From positions 32,001 to 96,000 of the forward strand of contig CAWFGE010000024.1 of NCBI GenBank assembly GCA_963815195.1: DNA of 64,000 nt, written 5' to 3'. This stretch comes from an uncultured Planctomycetaceae bacterium. GTDB taxonomy: Bacteria > Planctomycetota > Planctomycetia > Planctomycetales > Planctomycetaceae. This document shows positions 21,426 through 31,404 of this stretch, piece by piece; within the stretch, counting starts at the first letter, position 1; the number at the start of each line of letters is the position of its first letter. The position numbers were made by a program, and so were the translations under genes. The notes beneath the pieces were generated by a model. That model did not search any database and was not told the DNA's origin. It saw nothing but the letters and a program-made list of their open reading frames with translations.

Positions 21426-23553
21426 CTAAAATCCGTCGTCAAAATGAAAAACATCACGTATTTGGCCCTCGGCGATAACCCGATTACCGAGGAAGGGTTG
21501 GCCTACCTGAAAGAGTTGCCCAAACTTGAGGATTTAGAACTGCGAGGATTGAGAATAGGTGAAGTCGGACTTGACCATCTCGCAAAGCTGCGCAACCTTC
21601 GCTATTTGCGTCTGTATTACCTGAAAGTGGATCAGGTCGCAAAACTCCACAAAGCGTTGCCCCATTGCAAAATCGAATGGGACGGCGGCGTGGTGGAAGC
21701 CATTGCAAGCACGAACGCCGACCGCCAGGCGGCCGAGTGGGTGCTTGGGCAAAAGGTAAATCACGTGGCAACTGGTATCGTGTCGCGGACGGATGTGCCA
21801 TTTACCGCATTGGAGGTCGCGGACCTGCCGAAGGAACCATTTCGCTTGGTCAGTCTAGGCTGGCCGAACCACACGCCGACCAAAAACGTGAATGAGGAGT
21901 TCGGGCAACTGTTGGCGAGTCTGCCCAAACTCGAAACGGTGCAGTTTTACGGCTCGGACGCCGACGATGCGTTTCTCAAAGCGGTCAGCAAAAGCCGAAC
22001 TTTGAAACACCTGCACGTTTCGGGAGCCAATGTGTCAGGGGGTCAGATCACAGATGAAGGGATCGTCCATCTTCGCGAACTCCGCACGCTGCGCTCGCTC
22101 AACCTCAATTTGAGCCCGGTGACCAATGTGTCACTCGCCGCCCTGGCGGAATTGTCCGCGCTTGAGGAACTGATTGTGTTTGGTACTCGCTGCACGAACA
22201 ACGGGGTAGAAAGTTTAAAAGCCTTGAAGAAACTTCGCCATTTGGAGATCGGATCACCCTATCTCACCGACTCCGCGCTGGAGACGATTTCCACCCTGAG
22301 TTCTCTGGAAGAACTCGCACTGACGTACGGCGGAAGCTACACAGATGAGGGAGTCGCGAAACTAGCCGCTCTGGTGAATTTGCGATCCTTGCATATTGAA
22401 GAGGGTCTGACAGGCGAATCGTATGTGGCGCTCGCAACGCTGCCAAACCTCGTCGAGTTGCGACTGAAGAACTGGGGTAATTCACACAAAGTCGAAAATC
22501 TGCCCGCCTTGGAGAAGTGCCCGAAATTGGAAAACCTGAGTCTCGACTTTCGCGATAAAGTTGCTGGCGATGTCGTCCCCTATCTCGCAAAGTTGCAGCG
22601 GCTCAAACTGCTCGATCTGAGACACACCAACTTTTCAGAAGAAACCTGCCAGCAACTGCACAAGGCCCTGCCCAAGTGCAAGATCAAATGGAACGGCGGC
22701 GTGGTGGAGCCGGAAACGGAATCGGCTGCTCTCGACCGCGAGATCGCCGCGTGGGTGCTTTCGCTCAATGGCCGCGTGGCCATCGAGACTGGTGAGAATC
22801 CGCCAAAGACGATTACCGATGTGAAGGAGTTGCCGATACAGTCATTCCGGCTGACCTTGGTTGATTTGCAGAACAACTACAAAGTCAAGAAACAGCCGAA
22901 GCCTGGGTATCAAACGGCGGTCAAAGACGACGACCTGGCGAAACTCAATGGGCTGGAGAATCTGACAACTCTGAACCTGGCTTATGCGGGCATCACCGAT
23001 GCGGGCCTCGCGCATCTCGCCAATTTGAAAAACCTCGAGTCGCTGGACTTGCATTTCACCCAATTGCGGGGACCGGGTTTGGAGCATTTGACGCGCCTGA
23101 AAAACCTGTCCACGCTGAACCTGGGCGGCACCCACGTGACGGGCGCGGGCTTCGCGCATCTTAAAGAGTTAACCAGCCTCAAGACTTTGCATTTGGGCCA
23201 GAAGCCCACGCAGTTCAGCGATGCCGACATGCTGCATCTCGCATCACTGCAAAACCTAACCCGGCTGCACTTAAACCAGACGAAGGTCTCGGACGAGGGG
23301 CTTGGTCATCTCAACCAACTCAAAAACTTGGAGAGATTGGACCTCAAAGAATCGCAAGTGACGGCCACGGGCATCAAAAAACTGCACCAAACGCTGCCTA
23401 ACTGCAAAATCGAATGGGACGGCGGCGTGGTGGGGCCGGCGGAACCTATGGATTCCGACCGCAAGGCGACGGAGTGAATTCTCCTTGGCGGGAACCCGGC
23501 GCCCAATCACGGCGGGCCAATCGACGCCCCAGGGCAACAAGACCTAAGGCGGA

Positions 23554-24619
23554 TTAGCTGGCCGGCTCGCGCTTCTGGTCGGTTTCTTTGGGCCCCATGC
23601 GATAGAGCCGCACGAAGCCGTCGGCGTGGGCCACGGCCAATTGGGTTTTGTCGGGAAGCAGATCGAGCCCGCGGGCGGCGACTTTTCAGTTTGACGGTGT
23701 GAAACGGGGTTTCCTCCTCGGGCTTTGTGAACCAGAGTTCCCCCTTGCCGCTGCGATCGGCAATCGCTGCGATGAGGAGATTGTCCGGATGAAACCGCAC
23801 GCCCCAGGCGATGCCTTTGAGATTCGCGTCCGCAGACTTCACTTGCCGGCGAATCTTGCCCGTTTCCCAGTCGAACACGACGAGAATCGGGTCCTGGATC
23901 CCGGCGAAGGAGTTGACGACGTTCGTAATGCCCGCGCTGGCCCATTGGCCGCCGTCGGGGTGGAATTCGAGGTCGCGGGCTCCGCCCATGTCGGCGGCGA
24001 ATTTTTTGTCGTAGCCCGTCATCACGCTCGCATCGATGCTCTTGGTTCGCTGGCCGGATTTCAGATCCCAGATGTGAATCTGCCCCATCAGGTCTTCTGA
24101 AACCAGATGCTCGCCGTGGGGATGAAAATCCACCCCATACACGTGCCGATCGTGCCCCGCGAATTCGTGGAGGAGTTCCCCGTCGGCCAGGTTCCAGACT
24201 CTCACGAAGAGATCGTTTCCGCAGGTGGCGAGCTTTTCACCGTCCGGGCTGACGCGAACAAACCGCGCGGAGCCTTGATGGGCCTGAATCGTCCGGAGGG
24301 GTTTGGCTTCGGTTCCTGACGTGTCCCAAATGCGGATTTCTCCGCCCCAGCAGGCCGTCAGCATCCGCCGGCCGTCCGGCGTGAAATCGATCGAGCGAAC
24401 CCAGCTTTTGTGGCCTTTGAGGGTTTGCCGTTTGCCGCCCGCGAGGTTCCACATCTGCACATCGAGGTCTTCCGCGCCCGCGGCTACGAACCGGCCCGCC
24501 GGATCCGCGCGGAGCGTGGTCAGCGGCACCTCATGCTTGAACTCGCGGGTCGGATGCGTCGCTTTGGGATCGATCGCGGAGATTTTCGCCGCGATCGCTG
24601 CCGGGCTTTGCAGATTCAT
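23554..24619 (-). CDS. WD40-repeat protein (copy 1; frameshift near 23680)
   Basis: GH..WV.S..F.PDG...WD repeats; ATGA overlap with the DUF1501 stop; copy 2 shows the intact C-terminus. Confidence 0.88.
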
Positions 24620-25881
24620 GTCAACAGCTCCTTGATCGGCCCGGCCGAGGGATCGCCGATCGGAATCGACCGTCCGGGCAGGTCGTGATCGGCCAGGGAA
24701 TCCAGGCCCACCGCTTGGAGGCAGGTGTGGAACAAATGGCGGGCGTCCACTTCGCGCTCGGCGACGGCGGTGCCCGTCTCGTTGGTTTTGCCGATCACGC
24801 CGCCGGGCTGGATGCCGCAGCCACCCAAGACAACCGACCACGCCGTGCCCCAGTGGTCGCGGCCATAGCGGACGTTGATTTTCGGAGTGCGGCCGAACTC
24901 CGAATGAATCAAAACCAACGTGCTTTCCAAAAGGCCCCGATCCTTCAAGTCATCCAGCAACATGGAAAAGGGTTGATCGAACTCACCCAACTGTTCCAGA
25001 TGAAAGTTGAAATTCTCCGCGTGCGAATCGTAGCCGTGGTGGGTGACTTTGACGCAGGTCACATCGTGTTCCAACAGCGTACGGGCCAGCAAACAGTAGC
25101 GGCCGAAGTCGTGCTTTCCGTACCGCTCCAGGTCTTTGTCCGAAGCAGCGCCCTCGAAGAGAGCCTTCTGATTCATGAGTTTGATCGCCTGTTGATGGGA
25201 CGCATCATAGGCTTCGGCGAGCGCCTTGGATCGCCCTTGGGTAAACCGTTGATTGAACAGCATCCGCAGTTGGTCGCGCCGCGCCGCGATCGAGGTGTCG
25301 AGTCCCTCGGGCGTGGCGAGATTGACAGGCGGCTTCACGCCTTCGAGTTTGAGTTGGCCGTACCGCGCCCCCAGGAAAGCCGCCCCGCCGCCCACGTCCT
25401 TGAGGCCGCGCGTCGAGATGTTGATGTAGCCCGGGAGTTCGGCCGTCGGCGAGGAGAGATATTTCGAGGCCACGGCTCCCAAATAGGGATACTCGCCGGC
25501 CCGCCGGCCCTTTTCCATAAACTGCCGGCCTTGTTCGTGGTCGTTGATTTTGATGTTGACGCTCCGCACGATCGAAAGCCAATGCATGCGGCGGGCGGTG
25601 TGAGGCAGCAATTCGGAAATGTGAATGCCCGGAACCGAAGTCGGGATCGCTTGGAACGGCCCGCCATGGACAGTGCCCGGCTTCGGATCCCAGGATTCCA
25701 ACTGGCTCACCCCGCCTTGCAGGAAAACTTGCAGAATCCGCTTTTGCCGGCGCTTGAGTTCTTGAGCCTGGCCGGCGCCGCCCAGGAGGCCCAGGCCGAC
25801 CGCCCCCGCCGCCGTCCCCGCCAGGAACTGCCGTCGTGCCACCACATGGTCGATCGGCTGGCATCCTCGGTTTCTTCGCAT
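24616..25881 (-). CDS. DUF1501 family protein with Tat-like signal (copy 1)
   Basis: ARRQFL Tat motif, GG.SQLESWDPKP, YDSH and SEFGRTP.IN...GRDHW. Confidence 0.93.
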   Translation of the reverse strand: MRRNRGCQPIDHVVARRQFLAGTAAGAVGLGLLGGAGQAQELKRRQKRILQVFLQGGVSQLESWDPKPGTVHGGPFQAIPTSVPGIHISELLPHTARRMHWLSIVRSVNIKINDHEQGRQFMEKGRRAGEYPYLGAVASKYLSSPTAELPGYINISTRGLKDVGGGAAFLGARYGQLKLEGVKPPVNLATPEGLDTSIAARRDQLRMLFNQRFTQGRSKALAEAYDASHQQAIKLMNQKALFEGAASDKDLERYGKHDFGRYCLLARTLLEHDVTCVKVTHHGYDSHAENFNFHLEQLGEFDQPFSMLLDDLKDRGLLESTLVLIHSEFGRTPKINVRYGRDHWGTAWSVVLGGCGIQPGGVIGKTNETGTAVAEREVDARHLFHTCLQAVGLDSLADHDLPGRSIPIGDPSAGPIKELLT

Positions 25882-25927
25882 GGTGTGCCTTCGCTTTCTG
25901 ATGGCTTTGAGACCCTTTTTGCCAGCC

Positions 25928-27601
25928 CTAATGATTCAACCGAAACTCGGTCGAGCATAATGCCGCCCACACGAGCTGCCGAATGGCCGTCTCGCGGTCG
26001 GTTTGATTGTCTTCCAAAAACTGAGTGATTTGTTGAACTTCCTCGGCTTCCAGCCGCCGGGAAAATACCGAAAGGTAAAATTCCTCCGCCAACTGCGGGC
26101 CATCCAAGCCCTTAAGGCGAGCCGTCAAGTTCTGGCCGCTCGGCGCCAGCCAGCTTTGCAGCAACGGGTTGTTTCGCAGGAATAATGCCTGATTGGCCGA
26201 GGCATTAAACTGCGAAGTTTGCACGCCTTGGACACCGAAAATGCCGGCAAAGGTGTTCCACATGGCCTTTCAATGCCTCATGCAAGGCCTCTTCCTGCCA
26301 AACGGGGTCGTCCACGGGCGGCGGAATCCTTGGGGATCTTTCTTCTGGGCCTGGGCTTTGAGGTTTTCCAGCGTTTGAGCCGTCAGCCCCGTCGCCTGCA
26401 TCATGGACCAGGCGAGTTGCTCGGGCGACAACGGTTTGAGCAAGGCCACCGCGAAGCGGTCCTCGTTCACGCCCTCGGCTCCCTGCGGGCATCGGCTGCT
26501 CCGCTGATAGGTGTTCGTCAATGCCAATTCCCGCAACAGAAATCGCAGGTCGTAACCGTGTTCGTGCAGGCTGTCGGCCAAGAGTTTCAATAACTCGGGA
26601 TGGGAAGGCGGGTTGGCCGCGTGCCACATGTCGACGGGCTCCACGAAGCCGCGGCCCATCATCATCGCCCACATCCGGTTGGCGATATTTTGCCGAAATG
26701 CCGTGTTCGAAGGGTCGAGCATCTCGTCGGCCAATTTCAGCCGCCGGCTGTAAATCGGCACGCCCCGCTGTTTCTTGTCCGGTTTGATGTGATAAGGATC
26801 GCCCGCCACCGCAGGGTCGGGAATCGCCGGCCGGTCCAACAACCGCGGCGGCGTTTCTCCAGATTCGTTGGTAAACACCGACGTGAATTTGACCAGGCCC
26901 TCGGCCTTTTCGCCGATGGAGGCCTGTTTGGTTTTCGGATCGGTGAAGAGGGAGGCGCGATGCAGAAAGGCAGAGAGCCCGTAGTAGTGGCGCTGCAAAT
27001 AGTCTCCGATGAGCGGATGGTCGTGGCATTGGGCACATTGCAGATCCCGCCCCAAAAAGATCCGCCCCACATCCCGCGTGACATCATCGATTTTCAGTTC
27101 ACGGTCCAGGAAAAACTTCGCGGCCGGCCGGGTCTTCGGATCGCTGCCGTCCGCCGTCAGGATCTCCCGGACCAGTTGGTCCCAAGGCTTGTTTTCCGCG
27201 AACGACTGCCGGAGATAGTTTTCCCACTCCTCGGCTTTGATGTGCTTATCCGGCCGGCGTTCCATCAGCATCGTGTCGAACACGTATTGCATCCGGCGGG
27301 CATATTCGGGCGAAGCGAGCAAGCGGTCGATCAGGCGAGCGCATCGGCCGGGAGCATCCGCCAAAAACTCGCGGGTTTGCTCGGCGGTGGGAATCCGGCC
27401 CGCCAGATCAAGAAAAATACGTCTCACAAAGGCCGCATCGCCGCAATCCAGGGCCGCCGTTTTTTCAAACTCCGCCGTGCCAACCCCAATCGCGGCATCG
27501 ATCTGCACATGAAGCGGGACCTCCTCAGCCGACGCACGGACAGCGGCCAAAACAAAAACGGCAGCCAAGGAAGCGACTTTGCAGCAGTTGTCCAGAGACA
27601 T
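25928..27601 (-). CDS. DUF1549/DUF1553 (PSCyt2/PSD1) planctomycete protein with CxxCH; frameshifts near 26320 and 26265
   Basis: FVRRIFLDLAGRIPT, NKPWDQLVREIL, CAQCHDHP, NR.WA..MGRG.VEPVD, PSHPELL and WAALCSTEFRLNH. Confidence 0.9.
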
Positions 27602-27987
27602 CGATCGCAAGCATTCTCGATGAGGCAGGGCGGGTCGTCACATAGAGATGAGTTTATCCGAAACCAGGGCCGGAAACCAAGTGAACCAGCCTGGGAAAAG
27701 TGGGTTTCGCAACCAAGGACTAACCGACCTGTGTGGCGAACGCTCACGTTCTCAACCTGCTTCGGTCACATCGACCGAGCCGACATCGGGGTGACACGGA
27801 ATTCCCTTCATTTAAACCCAACAGCCTACTGCAACGACGGCAGTCCTTCGCATCCTCGGTCGACCGCATCCGTTCCAGCAACCATTGCCGGCTCTTGCGT
27901 GAGAGCTGCAAATCCATTGTGGTATCCTCCTGTGCCGGAGGATACCAATCAAAAACCGAGGCTGTCAAAAAACTTTTGCGTGCCCGC

Positions 27988-29815
27988 TTAGATCGGCTTG
28001 GGACCTGGGGGAGGAACCGGGATGAGGAGTTCTTCGAAGATCGAGTCACCGTTCTGGCTGATCGCGGTGCCGTCGAGCTCCAAGGTGCCGGCGAGCGCCT
28101 TGTAGATCCCCGTGCCCAGCCCGCTGCCGGCCTGGTTGCCGGCGAAGATGCTATCGATGATGGAGGCCGTGCCGGCGTCGACGTAAAGGCCACCCCCATT
28201 ACGGCTGGCGGCGTTGGAGGCGAAGAGCGATCCGCTGACGGTTAAGTCGCCCCCCTTGTTATAGATTCCGCCGCCGTCTTGACGGGCGGTGTTCTGGCTA
28301 AGGTGGCTGTTAATGATGCTCGATTCACTCGACGAACTGAAGATTCCCCCTCCGTTTCTTCCCGCCAAATTGCCCGTGATGCTGGAGCCGGTCACAATCA
28401 TTTGCCCTCCAGGGAGAAGGCTATAACTGAATATCCCTCCCCCGTCTCGTCCCGCCGAATTTCCGGACACGATAGAATCCGTCAGTTCGAGGGCCGCGCC
28501 GAAGAATGAGCCACTCGCGATTCCCCCACCGTCTTGACTGGCCGAGTTCTCAACGATCGAGGAGTCGCTAACTTTAATGCGCCCGGCGTTGAAAATGCCG
28601 CCGCCGTTAAGCGCCTCATTGCCCGAAATGACAGATTGATTGACTTCCAACTCCTCGGAAAAGCCCGTGTTGAAGAGGCCGCCACCGAAACGGGCGGAGT
28701 TACCGGAAATCGTCGAGTCCGCCAAGGTGATCAGATTGTCGTTTCGAATACCGCCCCCGTTGCGATTTGCGGAATTGCCTGAAACGGTTGAATTCGCAAT
28801 CTCAATGTTACCGCGGTTATGAATTCCGCCGCCTCCATCGGAATTGGAACTGCTGAGGCTTGAGTTGTCCAAAACGGAGGAATTGGTCAATGACATCACT
28901 CCGTCGTTCCGGATTCCACCTCCACTTCCGCGTTTCGCGGTGTTTCCCGAGCTCGTCAATCCCGTCAGCGTCATGGTTCCACCGCTGAAGATTCCACCGC
29001 CAGAGAATTCCGCCGTATTGCCCGAGATTGTGGTATTGATCAACGTTGCATCGCCGCTGTTGTAAATGCCGCCCCCAAAAAAGCCTGCGGAGTTTCCGGA
29101 GACCGACGAATCGATCAGGGTGACATCGTCGCTGTCGGTGTCAATCCCGCCGCCGGATCGACCGGCTGTGTTGCCCGTGACGGTCGAGCCCGTCAATGTC
29201 AGAGTTCCTCGGTTGTAAATCCCGCCGCCGGCGCCATAGACGGGTCTCGTAACCGTAGTAGCCGTAGCTGAAGTATGCCGAGTTGTTGGTGACCGTTGAG
29301 CCGCTGAGAGTCAGCGTACCTCGGTTGTAAATCCCACCGCCATAGCCAGAGACCGAGTTGCCCGAGACGGTCGAGCCGATCAGTGTCAGGTTTCCAGAGT
29401 TATGGATGCCCCCACCGTAGAAATTTGCCCCACCGGTCAGCGTCATCCCCGTGAGAGTTGCTTTACTGACAGATGTGACAAAGAGCACACTTCCGCTGCC
29501 GCCGGCATCGATCGTATTCACGCCGGGAGTGGCTTCGATTGCGACATCGCCCGAAGCGTCACTGATGACCAACGTGCCGAACTCCAAATCGAGAATCCCG
29601 GAAAGTTCATCGGCGAAAGTGATCGCGTCGTCTCCGGGATTTGCAGCGGCCTGGCCGATCGCCTCGCGAAGGCTGGTGGTGTTATTGTCGCCGACTTCAT
29701 CGACAAGTGTGTCGACGACGATGGTCAGCAATTTGCGGGACTCGAGCACTTCCACGCTGTGCGGAACCACGGATTGGGATCGGCGACGAGATGACCGGGC
29801 GCGTTTGGTTTTCAT
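27988..29815 (-). CDS. Secreted beta-helix (polymorphic membrane protein-like GGGI repeats) protein with SLREA motif; frameshift near 29240
   Basis: Arg-rich N-terminus + VEVLESRKLL planctomycete leader, V.TLVDE...TSLREAI and many S(T/V)SGN.A..GGGI.N repeats. Confidence 0.85.
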
Positions 29816-29910
29816 GAGGTCTCACTTTCGTAGCGAATAAGAGGACAAGTCAACCGGCCAAAACGATGGACCGGAACGGACTCACGTAACGACAAAGTTG
29901 TCAATCAATT

Positions 29911-31157
29911 TCAACGAGACGATCCCGCCGTTTCGGTGGGTTCGTGAAATTCCACATTTTCCAACTCATGCTGCGCGGACTTCTCACTGACGGAATCATC
30001 GGAATTTTGTGTGGACTCAGAGGCTTGCGTTTCGCTCTCAGTGGGGCCGCCATCAACCTCCGCCATACATTCGTCCGGCAGGACATAGGCGTGCCTTAGC
30101 AGGTCCACGGTTTCATTCAGCAATTCTGGTTGCCGGCGTCCGGGCAAAACTCGGATGGCGAAGATTTCATTCACGCCGCTCGTAAACTTCAGGAAGGAAA
30201 CGACCCGTCCGGTTTCCAGGTGTACCACGTAAACTCCGCAGGTCCGCTCCTCCAGGCGATCCACCAAGGGGATGCCGCTGAAAATGGCGCTCTCGCGGAC
30301 TTGCGACAATCCCACGAAGGCGAAGGGCCCGAAAAAGTCGATTCCGCGGGTGAATCCGGGCAACTCGCAGATCTTCTCATATTTCCCCGTCGCGAGATCC
30401 ACGTGGCCCAGGCTGCCGTCGCCGCTCTCCAGCAGCCAGAGTTTGCCGTCGTAAAGCCGGGGCGAATGCGGCATCGACAGGCCTTGGAGCAGCACTTCGT
30501 TTCCAGGAATATCCATCAGCACGCCGCCCCGGGCCTTCGTCTCACGCCAGCCGCCGGCGGTGTTGCTCGTGCCGAGCGCCGTGGCATACTTGGGGACGCC
30601 GTCGACCAACGCCAGACCATTGAGATGGCAGCGGTCCTCAGGCGCCAGGGAGGAGATAAAAGGCGGCCGCCAGTGGGGCACGAAACTGCAGTCTTCCCGC
30701 AGTGTGCACAGGCAATTGAAGCGGGTGTTAATCAGCCACAGCTTGCCTTCGGGGGTGTACTCCATTTCGTGAATATCAATGTCGCCGGTAATATGCGAGC
30801 GCCTGGGAAGGTAGCACGCATCATGCTGACCGGCGGGTTCGATTTTCGCGGCCACGGCCGGGTTATCGCGAAACTCCCAGACTTGCACACCGCAGCCAAC
30901 CGCCAGACGATCACCCAAGGTCGCCATGCCCATCGGCCGATCAAAGGTGCGGAAATGCGTATTGAGATGGTCGCCCGCGGATCGGAGGAAAACCAACCGG
31001 CCGGCCTGGTAGGTCGTGACGGCCACCGAAATCCCCAACTCCTCGAGCAAGTTCGGGAAGTTCTTGGTGTGGCGCTCGCCAAAGGCTTGGAGTGGCCTGA
31101 GGATTCATTGTTCGCGGCTTCGTCTATGGTGGGCTTGTCCAAGTTTGCGCGTAACAT
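29911..31157 (-). CDS. TIGR03032 / DUF4915 family protein (frameshift near 31072)
   Basis: HTKNFP.LL.ELGIS..VTTYQAG, TGDIDIHE, NTRFNCLC, PEDRCHLNGLA, LSMPHSPR, PGFTRG and VGLSQVRE; GGGAG RBS before ATG 31157. Confidence 0.9.
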
Positions 31158-31246
31158 CAGCAGTCTCCCGGTGTGAGGGATTGAGTGAAAATCGGCCGGT
31201 GGCGATTGGGTCACGCCAGCGGGTTGCGAATCGTCCGGATTCATGA

Positions 31247-31271
31247 ATGCGCGGAAAAGCCCGATTCCAGC
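31247..31271 (-). promoter_or_regulatory. Putative ECF promoter GCTGGA-N13-GCGCAT upstream of the DUF4915 gene
   Basis: Same bipartite motif and spacing at 33667-33691 and 39304-39328. Confidence 0.55.
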
Positions 31272-31404
31272 CCAGGTATCCTTCAACTTTTCCGAATTGA
31301 TTCCGAATCAACATCAGCGGCCAAGTCGCTCGCTGCCGGTTTTCCGGTCAGACCGGCGGCTAGCGCCTTGCCGCTCACTGAAATGCGACTTGGGAGTCAG
31401 CCTT

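Larger units (their letters stand above)
15414..23477 (+). pseudogene. Giant receptor-like Ser/Thr kinase: kinase-TM-2x LamG-4x LRR cassettes; interrupted by an IS at 19930-21425 and several frameshifts
   Basis: GQGGMG, VALK, HRDIKPAN, DLGLA and APEQ; TM helix 'AFIAAALLLALAPLVYLYAG'; LamG motifs (HVACVWDG, DEVRISN, LYHFDEG); LRRs (L..L.L....ITD.GL). Removing the IS and one TSD copy restores a continuous LRR. Confidence 0.85.
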
